Shown piece after piece: positions 31,068 through 48,524 of a stretch of 64,000 bases of DNA (its first letter is position 1; the number at the start of each line of letters is the position of its first letter). Under the pieces are notes generated by a model, which had not been told where the DNA came from, searched no databases, and saw only the letters and a program-made list of their open reading frames with translations. A program made the translations under genes and the position numbers. Source of the stretch: the human T2T-CHM13v2.0 reference genome, Homo sapiens; NCBI RefSeq assembly GCF_009914755.1, contig NC_060928.1; one strand, 5' to 3'.

Positions 31068-32239
31068 TCCTAGGCTAGTCCTGATTCAGAGAGAGGTTTT
31101 CACAAAGATTTTGTAAACTTCCAAATGACAACAGCCTTTTTAGCAGCCCCCATCAATTCTACTCACCTCCCATAAACCACCCACAATACTACCCCTTCTC
31201 TATACAGTGGGTTTCTATCGTTCTTTACTATTTCAGCTAGGCTTGAACCTGGCTCCTTGACAGCCCACGGCCAACCTTGAATATCCTAAACTTTGTATAC
31301 CAGCTCAAGGGAAGTCTGCATTCGTTGCCATTCTTACATGTAGACTTGTTTACAGGAATATTATCACTGAATTCAAGGTCTGGCAGATATTTTTGCTTAC
31401 ACAAATACATTCTAACTCAATTAACTGGGAGGTGAAGGAAAAAAGAAAGACAATACGGAAATGTCAAGTCATTTGGAACCATCTGCTGTAAGAGAGCTCC
31501 TGAGTGTCTGTACACAAATATTAATCTAACTCAACAGGCATATTTGTTGAGCTTCCTACTATGCACAGGAAGCCATGCCAAGTACTATGTAGAATATGAA
31601 TACAAAACAAGGAAGGTCTTTGTCTTTATAGAATTTACAAATCATAGGAAAAACTGAAGCAACTCTAATCAAAGAGGACTTTAACTGTCTAAAGTAAGAT
31701 AAACACAAAATGCCCTCAGAAGGGTTCAGAAGGAAAATGTTCAACCTGGAGGAACAAAGAATGGAGGAGGCGGTTATTTTAACTGGGTCTTCAATGTGCA
31801 AAAGAACAACATATGGAACTAACAGCCCCCGAGGGTCTCTTGTGGATGTGCCAGGCATTGCACAGATATTTACACTGTCTCATTTAAGGTTTTATAGGAA
31901 ATCGTGGGAGGTAAGCCTGGTGGGATCAGAGCACAGAGGTCCCTGGATACTAGCTGAAGCATGTGGCCTCATCTCAGGAGGGAGAGGAAGGGGAAGCTCC
32001 TGAGGATGTGTGAGCAGGAGAGCCATGTAATTAGAGCCGTGAGGTGAAGGATGGGAAGTAAGGGGAAGAGCTGCAGTGAACAGGGGAACCCAATACTGAA
32101 ATAGTCATCATGAACCATAATGAGGACCTTGCCATGAGAATAGGAGTAAAAGAATGTAGATAGATTCTCAATAAAGAGCCTCTAGGATTTGGCCACTGAC
32201 TGAATGTAAGAAAAGAGGCAGATGGCATTGCTGATAGGG

Positions 32240-32425
32240 CTCTGATGTGGTTCAGTCTCAAAGTCAGACACGGGTTCAAATTTCAAATGTAGAATTTACT
32301 AAAAGTGTGACTTCTGAGCTTCAGTTTCCTCGTCTGTAAAATGGAGCTGATAACATTCAACTCACAGGAGATAATACATTTAAAGAGCATGGATACAGTA
32401 AGCACTCAATAAATGATAGCTGTTG
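32240..32425. mobile_element. MIR
   Basis: Core CTTCAGTTTCCTCGTCTGTAAAATGG and end AGTAAGCACTCAATAAATG. Confidence 0.75.
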
Positions 32426-32492
32426 ATACTATATATTCTTGAGAGGGTGAAAGCGTGGTAAATGACAGCTCTGAGTTATTGGGAAAATCTAT

Positions 32493-33978
32493 GTGTGAGA
32501 TGGTGTCTCATTATGGTTTTTATTTGCATTTCTCTAATGATTAGTGGTGGTGTGCATTTTTTCATATGCTTGTTGGCCACCTATATGTTTTCTTTTGAGA
32601 AGTACCTATTTATGTCATTTGCCCATTTTTTAATGGTTTTTGTTTTGTTTTTTGCTTGTTGATTTAAGTTCCTTACAGATTCTGGATATTAGACCTTTGT
32701 CACATGCATAGTTGCAAATATTTTCTGCCATTATGTAAGTTGTCTATTTATTCTGTTGGTAGTTTCTTTTGCTGTGTAGAAGCTCTTTTGTTTAATTAGC
32801 TCCCACTTGTCAATTTTTGTTTTTGCTGCAATTGCTTTTGGAGTCTTTGTCATGAAATCTTTGCCAGGGCCGATATCCAGGATAGTGTTTCCTATGTTCC
32901 TAGGTTTTCTTCTAGAGTTTTTATAGTTTTGGGTTTTACATTTAAGTCTTTAGTCCATCTTGAGTTTATTTTTGTATATGGTATAAGGAAGGGGAACAGT
33001 TTCAATCTTCTGCATATGGCTGGCCAGTTATCCCAGCACAATTTATTGAATAGGGAGTCCGTTCCCCATTGTTTGTCATTGTTGGCTTTGTCAAAGATCA
33101 GATGGTTTAGGTGTGTGGCTTTATTTCAGAGTTCTCTATTCTGTTCTGTTGGCTTATGTGTTTTATTTTTGTGCCAGTACCATGGTGTTTTGGTTACTAT
33201 AACCTTGTAGTATAGTTTGAAGTTGGGTAGTGTGATGTCTCCAGCTTTGTTCTTTTTGCTTAGGAATGCTTTGTCTATTTGGGCCCTTTTTTGGTTCCAC
33301 ATGAATTTTAGAATATTTTTTTCTAATTCTATGAAAAACATCATTGGTAGTTTGATAAGAATAGCATTGAATCTGTACATTGCTTTGGGTAGTATGGCCA
33401 TTTTAACAATAATGATTCTTCCTATCCATGAGCATGGAAAATTTTTCCATTTGTGTCATCTCTGATTTCTTTGAGCATTGTTTTGTAATTCTCATTGTGG
33501 AGCTCTTTCATCTCCCTGATTAGCTGTATTCCTACGTATTTTGTTCTTTTTGTGGCTATTGTGAATGGAATTGCATTCTTGATTTCACCGTCAGCTTGGA
33601 CATTATTGGTGTATAGAAATGCTACTGATTTTTGTACATTGATTTTGTATCTTGAAACTTTGCTGAAGTTGTTTATCAGATCTAGGAGCCTTTGGGCAGA
33701 GACTATGGGATTTTCTAGGTGTAGAATCATATCATCTGCAAAGATAGTTTGTCTTCCTCTCTTCCTATTTTATTTCGTTCTCTTGTCTGATTGCTCTGGC
33801 TAGGACTTCCACTATTGTGTTGAATAGAAGTAGTAAGAGTGGGTATCCTCGTCTTGTTCTGGTTCCTAAGGGGAATGCTTCCAGTTTTTGCCCCTTCGGT
33901 ATGATGTTAGCTGTGGGTTTGTCATAAAAGGCTCTTATTACTTTGAGATATGTTCCTTCAATGCTTAGTTTGTTGAGA
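32493..33978 (-). mobile_element. L1 ORF2 fragment (older L1PA/L1PB)
   Basis: - strand ORFs [36 protein letters not shown] and [11 protein letters not shown] are L1 ORF2p-like. Confidence 0.93.
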
Positions 33979-34287
33979 CAGAACATTTTTATCACCACCG
34001 AAAGTTCCATTGAATAGTGCTGTTCTACATGATATCAATAATTTGTAAGCTTTAAAAGAGTTTTCTGCTTTAATGGCTACATTCCTTATTTGGTTTCTAC
34101 CTCACTTCTTACCCTTTAAGTTTATCCTTGACTAAACCATGGTCTAGACCTTCATCAGCTGGTCCCCAACAAGGAATACTGTGTGTGTATAGGTCTCTTT
34201 CTCACTGTGAATTTCTGACAAAGATGTTACAAAGCTAAATGGCAAGTATTTTTTTGATAAGTGCTCAGGTATTTTCTAGACTTATTC

Positions 34288-34596
34288 TTTTTTCTTTTTT
34301 TTTTTTTTTTTTTTTGAGACGGTCTCGCTTTGTCGCCCAGGCTGGAGTGCAGTGACACGATCTCAGCTCACTGCAACCTCCACCCCCCAGGTTCAAGCAA
34401 TTATTGTGCCTCAGCCTCCTAAGTAGCTGGGACTACAGGTGCATGCCACCATGCCCAGCTAATTTTTGTATTTTTAGTAGAGACAGGGTTTCACCATGTT
34501 GGCCTTGGCTGGTCTTGAACTCCTGGCCTCATGTGATTCACCCACCTCAGCCTACCAAAGTGCTGGGATTACAGGTGTGAGCCATTGCACCCTGCC
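34288..34596 (-). mobile_element. AluS
   Basis: Antisense Alu dimer with poly(T). Confidence 0.92.
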
Positions 34597-34751
34597 TTCC
34601 TATGCTTATTCTCATTATTGCTACAAATATAATTAATAAAGCCAGAGTCAATAATTTTAAAGATACAGGTATTACTCTTAGTTCCCATAGGCGTAGTCCT
34701 TCATGCCAAGTAAGAGCTCCAGGAAAGTTTAAAGATAGCCCTGTAGGTTTC

Positions 34752-35243
34752 TGTTAGCTTCCTATCAGTGCTGTGACAAATTACAACTAACTTCACGGCT
34801 TTTGCCAACACAGACTTATTCTCTTGGAGTTCTGGAGGTCAGAAGTCTGAAATCAGTGTCCATGGGCTAAAGTCAAGTTGCTGGCAGCCTGATTCCTTCT
34901 AGAGTCTTTGAGGGGAGAGTGGTTTCTTTTCCCTTTTCAGCTTCTGGTGGCCACCCATATTCCTTGGCTTTGGGCCCCTTCCTTTATCTTTGAAGTGCGT
35001 CACTCCAGCCTCTGCTTCTGTCATCACATCACCTTTTCCTCTTTGTAATCAAATCTCCCTCTGCCTCCATATGATAAGGACACTTGTGATTACATTTAAG
35101 GCCAACTCAGATGATCTAAAATAATCCCCTCATCTCAAGATCCTTATCTTACTCACATCTGCAAGGTCCCTTTTGTTATGTAAGGTAACACTCACAGGTT
35201 CCAGGAATTGGGATGTGGTTATCTTGGGGGCCATTCATTATTC
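34752..35243 (-). mobile_element. MLT1-type LTR
   Basis: TTCTGGAGGTCAGAAGTCTGAAATCA...TAAGGACACTTGTGATTACATT...TCACAGGTTCCAGGAATT. Confidence 0.8.
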
Positions 35244-35770
35244 CAGCAGTCCCCAACCTTTTTGGCACCAGGAACTAGTTTTGTGGAAGACAATTTTCCC
35301 ACAGATCAGCAGAAAGGGGTGCGGGGGAGATGCTTTTGGGATGATTCAAGCACATTACTATTGTGCACTTTATTTCTATTATTATTACGTTGTAATTTAT
35401 AATGAAATAATTATACAACTCACCACAAGGTAGAATCAGTGGGAGCCCTGAGCTTGTTTCCCTGCAACTAGATGCTCCCACCTGGGGATGATGGGAGACA
35501 GATCATCAGGCATTAGATTCTCATAAGGAGTGCACAGCCTAGATCCCTCACACGTGCAGTTCACAATAGGGTTCATGCTCCTATGAGAATCTAATGCCAC
35601 CACTGATCTGATAGGAGGCGGAGTTCAGGTGGTAATGCGAGCGATGGGGAGCAGCTGTAAATACAGAGGAAGCTGTGCTCACTCACCTGCCACTCACCCA
35701 CTGCTGTGCAGCTTGGTTCCTAACAGGCCATGGACTGGTACAAGGAATAATGCAGGGTTGGGGACCCACA
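35244..35770. mobile_element. MER1A-like hAT-Charlie element
   Basis: TIRs CAGCAGTCCCCAACC ... GGGTTGGGGACCC; internal GCATTAGATTCTCATAAGGAG / CTCCTATGAGAATCTAATGC inverted pair. Confidence 0.85.
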
Positions 35771-35792
35771 AGGTTACATAGAGTATTGGTTA

Positions 35793-36107
<315 letters not shown>

Positions 36108-36166
36108 TTTTCCCCTACCAGATTTATTTATCCAGGGCTTTGAATTGAAGCTTAACAATTCGATGA

Positions 36167-36691
<525 letters not shown>

Positions 36692-38000
36692 TAGTGAGAT
36701 TAGACATATATAAAAATAATTTGTCATAATATTTGCATTTTGATAAGTGTATTATTAACAGTAACAGCCACCAATTATCAGACACAAGCCGTGTGCCAGG
36801 CACTCTGCTAGCCACTTTATATGTTATGTAATTCACTCCATCAACAGTTCAAACCTGGGTATTACTAACTCCAGCTTATACCTGTGGCAACCAGGCTCAG
36901 AGGTGGTAGCTTGTCCTGGGCTACTTGGTTGTAAATGGAAAACATTGTAATATCACACATCATGACTCCAGATAATTAACAAGCCTGATTCCACCCTAAA
37001 CAAGTCAATGTTTCTTTAAGATCACTTAAAATCTGATGTATATTTACAAGTCCATAGTGGAGATCTTCAGCCTTCAGATCACTGTTTTATCATCACACAT
37101 CACCTTCCAGGGGAACAGAGGCAGAATGCACTCATCACCCCTCCCCTTTCAGTGCCTGCACCTATCTCTCAGGGTATGAGATAAGCCAGATCTCCCTGTT
37201 GGCACCTGGGCCACCAAGAAGACTATCCCAGCAGGGTTTTCCTGGAGCTTTCACCTCCAGCCATGTGGGGCCGGGCAGGGGTGGGAGACGCCCCGCATTA
37301 AAGAAGGAGACAGGCTGCTCTCCTCATCCTGTCTGGAATGGACTGCCTTCTAGAAGGGTGGTGCAGGAGGGAGGAATTGGGGTCTTCCCTCAGCCAGGCC
37401 CAGCCCTGTTCATCCTGAAGTGTGCCACCACAGATCACCCCCTTGAGGTGACTCTGCAGCATGATGTGAGGGACAGGAACTAAACAGGGAACTAGGGGCC
37501 CTGGGCATTCACCCTCCAATCTATCATTAACTCCATGAGCTTGGGCCAGACAAACTAATGTCTCTGCGCTTCAGGTTTTTCCTCTATGAAGTGAAGAATT
37601 CTCACATGAAGACTTTGATGCATCCTTCTGACTAATGTTTTATGACTCCTGTATTCAAGATTGGGCTACCCTCCCACCCACTTTTCTCAAGGGGTTTGAC
37701 CCTCAGAACTGTCTGCGATGGGCTTCCTCAGGGGCAAGGTGTTTCCCTTCACTGGAAGTGTTTAAACAAAAGCTGAACAGTCATTTTGTAGGGATGTTAT
37801 GGAAGCAATTTGAGGACCAGCTGGGAGTTTGAATCAGATAGGGTAAACATAACACAAAATTTTGTTTATGAGTTTCAAGAGGTCGCTGACCCTTTGAAGC
37901 CATCCATAGATGCCCTAAACAATTAAGGGCCCCTAGACCAGAAGTTCTCAACTTCAGCTGAATGTTACCAACCACTGGGGGAGATTTAAAATGTATTGAA

Positions 38001-38251
38001 GCCTGGGCAATGTGGCGAACCCTGTCTCTACGAAAAATACAAAAAATTAGCCAGGCATGGTAGTATGCACCTGTAGTCCCTGCTACTTAGGAAGAGGCAG
38101 GAGGATCACCTGAACCCAGGTGGTCAAGGCTGCAGTGAGCCGAGATTGCACCATTGCACTCCAGCCTGGGCAATGACAGTGAAACTCTGTCTCAAAAAAA
38201 TAAATAAAATAAAATAAAATAGAGTAGAATAGAATAGAATAGAATAGAAAA
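38001..38251 (+). mobile_element. 5'-truncated AluJ with (AAAAT)/(AGAAT)n tail, inside a MER5-like element
   Basis: Alu starts at GCCTGGGCAA; flanks 37940-38000 and 38252-38370 read as one MER5-type sequence. Confidence 0.8.
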
Positions 38252-38883
38252 TATTGATGCTAGGGTCCCAAGCCCAAGGATTCTGATTCAGGAATGGGGC
38301 TTGGACATCAGCAATTTTTAAAAGTACCCCAAGTGGTTCTAATGTTTGGCCAGGATTGAGAATAATTAGTTTAGGCTAAAGAATTTTCAAAGTCCTTTTT
38401 ATGATTCTTTGAGTAAGTGGTCTTCAGTATCATTCCAGCTCTAAAATGCTGTGGTGCTACAATAACACTTCAAAAGTATCTGGAGACAAGCCCTTTCATT
38501 CTTTTGGCTACTAGGACACTTTTTCATCCATTGATCTTAGAACAACAACAATAGCAATAACAGCCACAAAACACATAGGAAGTAAAAGTGGGACATTAAT
38601 AAGCCGCAGGTTTGGCAGTTTGCATGGTATTGGTGAAGAGATGGACCACTAGATTATGTCAAGAATCAGCCCAAATAGGAAATGGCAGAGTGAGGATTTG
38701 AACAGAGTCTTCCTGACTCCAGAGCCTGCTTTGCCTCCACACTGTCTGTCTCATGTAGGGAGCTATGGTTCCCAATTTTCATCCTAAGTGCTACTGTTAA
38801 CAAATATCTTGGTACAGTAAGAAAAATATAACTTAGCCACACCATTATCACCTAAGATGACTTAAACTATACAAGCTCTACTA

Positions 38884-39312
<429 letters not shown>

Positions 39313-40102
39313 TTAAATGTTTTGGTCAAATGGAATGAATCTTGCTTTGAAAACACCTTATAAACCTCCTGAATGCTACAGAAATTGAGCTGGTTGGTAA
39401 CAGGTACTCCACCTTCCCCACCCCCTACAACACTGACAGCATTTCAAGGACCTTGGAAAGGGGAGAAATTCCTAATAATAGAGCACCACGGAATTACCTG
39501 GATGGAAGTGCAAACACTGGCCACAGAGTCGGGCCCGTGGCTCTGGATGTATTGTGTTGGGTCAGAAGCTCAGAGGGAACAAAGGAGTGGGGACAGTACC
39601 TGTGAGTTTGTTTTAAGAAGGGCAGGAAAGCCGATAGGTTGGCTGAAAGGGCCTGGAAGAGAGGATATCACTTTCACCCAGGTCTTATTTAAACCATTCT
39701 ACGTAGGTGCAAATTTAGTCTCTTTTTAAAGATTACCAGGAAAGGGGATTCTACTGTCTCTCTTAGTAGCTTATCCTTTTATTAGAAGTCAATTTTATGC
39801 CTAGTCTTTGATTATTGTTCATTTTTTTCTATTTTATTTGCCTCTTGTTGCATACTCATAAGAAATCATTTTGCACTGATGAAAACAACTCTTTCCCTGT
39901 TGCTCCAGAGCAGAGTGAATTGTACAAAACAAATTCTTGAATCTAAAGTTCATTACAAGGTGGTTGTTTGGATTGAACACAGGCTGCCCCTGAGGAATGG
40001 CAGGTTCTGCAGGAAAATAGCCAAGTGCAAAAGCCTATTTGACCCCATGTACATCTACACCTGATAAATTCTCATCAGCCCTTTAAAAAAGTTTCTGACC
40101 AG

Positions 40103-40410
<308 letters not shown>

Positions 40411-40420
40411 AAAAGTTTCT

Positions 40421-40780
<360 letters not shown>

Positions 40781-41971
40781 CTAAGGCACATTAGATTTTG
40801 TGATAATGCGCATAAATGTGTGTGTGTGTGTATGTGTATGCATATATATTTGTAAGTACCTGGATCTGGATCCCCTTAAAATCCACATCATTAGGCTCAC
40901 ATTTGCCTCAGGCAGCAAGGCCACCATAACTTGGCAGATGGGGTGTTGCGACTAGCAGGTGGCCAGAGTCAAGGAGGAGGCCACCTTTCTGGCTGGCACC
41001 TCTGTTTTTAAGGACCACACCATTTATGCACTCGGATAAACTATCTCTATCTTTAGGGCTTCTTTGCTTTCTTGTCCTTTCTGACATACAGACTCAGAAG
41101 CCATTGAATTGAGCCTTCTCCTGTAGGAACCCACTCTACAACCTCCGTGAGAAATGGTCCTCAGCATTGGAGGTTGGACCGGATTCTCTAAGGCCTCTGC
41201 CAGCATCATGACACAATGCATTATGCCCAGAAATCTGGGTGGTGTAACTATCTTCAGGATGCCTACAGTCTAGTTGGGGGAAACATTGTTGTATGAGAGC
41301 AATGATTACATGTCCTCTAGTACTAGATAGGACAGGCACAAGGGAGGCTTTAGACAGAGCATTTAAATTCGTCTTAAAGAATCAGAGAAGTCTTCAGCCT
41401 CAATTCAAAGATGTTTGTCTTGAGTACTGGTTGGGAGTAACATTTGTTCCCAGAGCTCTTATGGGACCTTATTATATACTAGCCAGTCAACCCTTAAAAG
41501 ACCCAATCTAGATTAAATTTCTCTGAATTCTTAACACCAAGAAAGGTTACCCAGAATTTTTAAAATGTCATCCCTACTGCTCAACACCAACGCATAAGGC
41601 CGATTATGGAGAAGGTCAAGAATCCCAATGTTAACACTGTTGAGTACTCTCATGGGAAAACATGGGAGTGTGGACCACCATGGATAGTTCTCTCCCTAAA
41701 AAAGGAGAAGCAGAATGTTTAAATGCCATAAAGTTATGGTCAAGAGAGACAAGGAGTAGGGGACACAGGCTGAGACATGACAGCATTTAGCCTCCTAAAC
41801 CGGATGAGCAGAGTTTTCTCCGGTTCTGTTTGAGTATTTTCCCTTTTTGGCCTGCTCTAAAAGGACAGAGTTCCCTACTGCCTACGTTCCTTATTCTGTG
41901 TTCCCTGAACGGTGACACCCAGTTTTGGCTTGGACAACCAGGTGGATGGAGGTGCCATTCTGCCATAGAGA

Positions 41972-42160
41972 GCAGTGCTTCCCAGATCTGGAGGTGTATT
42001 GGAATCATGTGGGGAGCCTGTTAAAAATTCAGATTCCTGGGCTCTACCCTAAGAGATTCTTAGGCACAAGATCATAGTGGAAGCTGAGACTCTATTTTTA
42101 ATGAATTCCCCCAGGTGACACTCTTACAGTCAGTCTGTGGACTAGAGTTTGGGAACCACT
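41972..42160. mobile_element. MER5A-like hAT-Charlie element
   Basis: CAGTGCTTCCCA...TTGGAATCA...CAGATTCCTGGG...TTTGGGAACCACT. Confidence 0.75.
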
Positions 42161-42227
42161 AACACTAGGACACAGCAAGAGCTAGTTGGGGTACGGGGAA
42201 TAATTGAGAAGATGGTGAGTTCAGTTG

Positions 42228-42359
42228 GTTTTTGGTTTTTGGTAGAGACGGGGTCTCCCTGTGTTGCCCAGGCAGGTCTGAAACTCCTAGACTCAAGCTC
42301 TTCTCTCACCTCAGCCTCCCAAAGTGCTGGGATTATAGGCGCAAGCCACCGCACCGGCC
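42228..42359 (-). mobile_element. Alu left monomer (FLAM-C/AluJ fragment)
   Basis: GTAGAGACGGGGTCTC...CCCAAAGTGCTGGGATTA...CCGGCC. Confidence 0.85.
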
Positions 42360-43035
42360 TGAGTTCAGTATTAAATATGCCATGCAACATCCAAGTGAAG
42401 ATACTTTGTGGACAGTTGGTTAAAATGGTCTGGAGAGATAGGTGATTCAGAGGCTATCAGCACCTATGTGGTTATTTCAGTAATGGAAGTGGGTAAGATG
42501 GCTCAGGTGTTAACATATAAATAACAACAGAGGCCAAGCCCTCAGCCCTGGAAGGTTTCTGTCTCTAAGCCAGTTTGGTTGGGCACAGCTCTTAGGGTTT
42601 TGTTTTGCTTTTTAAATAGATTATGGTAGCTAGCAAAGAATTTATAGTACAATCTCACCACTACCACATTCTATAAGCGAAATCAAGTTTCAGATCACAT
42701 TGTACCACACTGACATTTTTAAATGAAACGGTAATTAACAAGAGAGTTGAAAATGGTGTATGAGAACTCTTTCTCATGTAGGCTTGAGAACATCCCATTG
42801 TTTAGGTGCTTTGATCACCATCTTGAATGAAAGGTTTACTCAAGGCAACTGTCTGGATTTCAGAGCTAAGATTTCTTCCCTGATAGCTGGCATCAAGTCA
42901 CCAGAATTCCCCAGAGTTGAAAGATGGATGGAAGACCATTTACACAGGGCAAAATCCTTTGTAACACCCTATTCATATAAAACTGGGAGGAGCAGAAAAT
43001 ATACTTAACTATTTACACATCTTGAATACTTTTAA

Positions 43036-43365
<330 letters not shown>

Positions 43366-43367
43366 TA

Positions 43368-43648
43368 GTCTCTCTCTCTCTCTGTTGCCCAGGCTGGAGT
43401 GAAGTAGCAAGATCATAGCTCACTGCAGTCTTGAACTCTTGCATTCAAGTGATCCTCTTGCTTCACCTTACCAAATAGATAGGACTACATGTGCATGCCA
43501 CCACGCCTGGCTAATTTTTTAATTTTTCTGTAGAGACCAGATCTTGCCATGTTGCCCAGGCTGGTCTTGAACTCCTGGCCTCAAGTGATCCTCCTGCCTC
43601 GGCCTCCCAAAGTGCTGAGATTATAGGAGTGTGCCACCGAAGCCAGCT
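43368..43648 (-). mobile_element. AluJ
   Basis: Antisense dimer with J-type ATCATAGCTCACTGCAG. Confidence 0.85.
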
Positions 43649-44180
43649 CCTTGAATACCTTTATTTTTACCATCTAGAACCCCTTTCAGATATTGAGAAT
43701 GCTAGTAAATAGTCCACCATGTGTACCAATTAAAACCCATTTTTGCAGTTAGGTGTGGTAATTGGTAAAGCATCAGATGTTACCAGATACAGATAATAGA
43801 ATCTCTATAAATAGCTGCCTCCAGAGTATGGCTTTCCTGATTAGAATGCTGGCTGACCACCCTGGACTGTGCATATTTTATTGGAATGCTGACAGCACTT
43901 GGATTGTAGGTTAATTTGAGAAGCACCCATAATGTCACAATATGCATGTAGAAGCATTCTAATGTAAATAACTGAAATCATACTAAAAGATGGTAAAAAG
44001 GAAAAAAAGTGAGAGTCAGAAGATAGGCCATCAGAATAGAACACTCTAAGGCAGATGTAAAAGTGGGTGAGCTTTGGATGCTACCGAGAGGTCAAGTAAG
44101 TAATAAAAAGACTAAAATGAGTCCGTGGCTTTGACAACAGGAAGCCACTTGACCTTGATGAGAACGATTTCATGAAGTAG

Positions 44181-44546
<366 letters not shown>

Positions 44547-44717
44547 TAAGCACCTTTTTTAAGAGACAAAGAAGAAAGATGTGGAGCAGACACCAGATAA
44601 GTTTGAAAGACACATTTTGTTCATGTCGTGATTTTCATTTGTTGGCTTTAAGATAGAGGAATCATGTGCATGATTAAATGTAACCTATATAGAAAGCATG
44701 TATAGAAATGTAGCCTG

Positions 44718-45209
<492 letters not shown>

Positions 45210-46313
45210 TTAGATGGGTTTTTGGTGTAGGCCTGTGTATATTTTGTGCATAAAAAGAACTACTCAAATGTTTAATTGGGTTTAAACAATTCGTGTTCCA
45301 TCTATGAAGATGACAAACTGAAAAACCCAATCCTTAGGCTTCACGTGAATCTCACAAATCTCACTGTTTAGAAGTCCAGCAAAATCAAACAGTCACTTTC
45401 AAGGTACTTTTGGTTAATGTTTGATTTGGTCCTTTTTACCAAGTTACACACGTTTAAATACTTTAAACTGCATTTATAATATATTCTACTTCCTTTTAAA
45501 GTACCTGAATTATCTACTTATACAAAACCTTGCTAAGTACTTAATAATTGTTATAAAGCTACTAAAATAAATTTACAGAGTTGACTTAAAGACTCTTAAT
45601 AATGTGCGGAAACTTGGGATGATTTCAGCTTAAAATCAGAAGTCTAATAATTCAATTATTCATTTTTGATTGATTTTCAAAAACTGTCACTCTAATAGGT
45701 CAGATTCCTTCAACATTAGTAGTACAGAAAAGAACAAATATGCCCAAAAATATGAATAGCGTATCTTCCATGCTTTCAACCTTTCTATGTTTAATTTTTA
45801 AATCTTCCCAAAGTTGAATGATGCATACTTACCAAGGAAGAAAATTAGCTGGAAATAACTGAGGCCATTTTCAATCAGATATTTTGACAAGAGTTTCAGA
45901 CTCCAGAGCAATTTTCATCCTCCCAGCTGTCATACTGACCCCCTTTTTAGCGTAGCTATGTCATGAGTTACAAAAATTAAAAAGTGTTGATCACCCTATG
46001 AGTTACAAAACTCACAGGTTTCATTGCCCACATCCCTGGATACAAGTTATACGCAGCACCTGATTCTTGATCTGCTCAAGGAAATAGAAGAACCAAGTTG
46101 CTCCTTCAGCTTTAAGATAAGTACATATGTTTTCCATCTAAATGATAAAGGCCTTTGAATTTGATGGAGTTCTGGGATTTTACTTTTTTCTATCTAATAA
46201 TACCTTTAAACTTGATAGCTTAAAATAAATGCATTTTCTATTTAATGATAAAGACCTTTAAGTGGGATACTAGATATGAAAATGTCTTTCCTATTTAAAG
46301 AACGTTGAACTTG

Positions 46314-46609
46314 GGCCAGGTGCAGTCACCCGTAATCCTAGCACTTCGAGAGACCAAGATAGAAGGATCACTTGAGGCCATGAGATCAAGACCAGCCTGG
46401 GCAACATAGTGAGATCCTGTCTCTACAAAAAATAATTTTTAAAAATTACCTAAGTGTGGTGGTGCATGCCTGTAATCTCAGCTACTTGGGAGGCTGAGGC
46501 AGGAAGATCACTTAAGCCCAGGAGTTGGAGGATGTAGTGAGCTATTATCATACCACACACTCCAGCTTGGGCAACAGAGCGAGACTCTGTCTCCTAAAAA
46601 GAAAAAAGA
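46314..46609 (+). mobile_element. AluJ
   Basis: Diverged dimer with GGATCACTTGAGGCCA...CCTGGGCAACATAGTGAGA. Confidence 0.87.
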
Positions 46610-48195
46610 ACTGTGAACTTGATGGAATCCTACATTCTTTCTTAGTACCACACAAAGGTTTAGATGTTTAAATGATTTCCAGTTGAGTTTTGAATATCCC
46701 TTTTGATTAAGCCAAATCTAATTTGCTGTTATAAGAGTTATGGGGAGCAGGCAGGAAGCTGAGAGAGTTCTCATCTGATGGCTTTTTTTCCTCTATGTAT
46801 TAGGATGTGAAGTTGTCTATGGAAGGAGGTGGGAGTTATGGGGGAAGGGTGAGAAAAACGTCTTTAAATCCCTCTATTGGTAATAGGCAATCTGAGCAGC
46901 TCCATGCTGCCTGTTGTAGCATCTCCTAATTGTGTGACATTAAGTCCATTTAAAGTGGAGACCATATTCATGATGAGATATATTTATAATTCATGCTTAA
47001 CATTTTTTATATTAAATATGTGTATTTAATCATTTGAATATTTACCATTTGATAACATATTTATAGCTGATCAAGAAGTCACAGCTCAATGTCAAAGGAC
47101 TTTATTAATAAAGCAATTGAAGTAGTCACTTATTATACAGCAAAAAGTTCTAGACTCATTTAACATTTATTTCCATTTGCTAGTCAATTACCAGCTGTCA
47201 GAACATAATAAATATTATAAATTTGAGTCAGAAGCTGTCACCTCTAATTGTATTAACTCTTCCTAATCATAGGTAGTGATTTGTCCTGTGAAAGAATGAT
47301 ATTAATCACTGATTTCCATCTGTCTTCATAATGGTGTAAAATTGCTACTGGATTCCATTGCTGAAGTGAAGTAAATCAATGTAGACACCAAAAATGAAAG
47401 CAGGCAGTGATGAGTCATGAATATTTCCATTCATGTTAACAAGCTTCTCATTGTTTCCAGACAGAAAGAAAAAAAAAATGACAGCTAACTTTCAAAGCTT
47501 TTTGCTTCTTAGTCTTAAAAGCATAGTTTCTTCTTATTATTTCTAGCTCACACTTTTGGAGTACTTCTTATATGCCAGGCACTATGCTCGCAACATTATA
47601 TGAATTATTTCTTTTGATCTTCATGAACCGGTGAGGTTATTGGTTCCTATACTTATGGCTCTTATGCCACTATTGTTTGCATTTTATAATGAGGAAATGA
47701 AGGCTTAAAACAATTTGAGTAACTTGTTGTCCAAAACAGTAGAGCCTGGAGTCAAACCCAAGCAATTTAACTTCCATAACTCAGTCTCAACCAGTACTCT
47801 ACACTGATGGGTGGCATTTGAATCAGTTAGGAATGCTTTTGAGTCAAAGTAACTAAAATCCAACATATAGTAGTTCACAAAATAGTGATTTTTTTTCTCT
47901 CACTTAATACAAAGAATGGAGATAGGCAGCTACTTATGTTGGTTTAGTAGCTCAGCGGAGCCAGGACCAGTGACTGAGACTCCTTGGCCTTTCCCTTGAG
48001 GCAGCAAAAATGACTGCTTCAATTTGAAGCTTCAGGTCCACATTCAGGGCAGAAAAAAGAGAAGGGGAAAGAGTGGGCACTCGCTGTAACTATAATGTAT
48101 CATGAAAGCAAAAACTTTTCCATTTATATATCTCATTGGTTGAAAACTGTTTCATATGGCCATCCTTATCTGCAAGGGTAGAAAATAGCAAGGGA

Positions 48196-48524
<329 letters not shown>
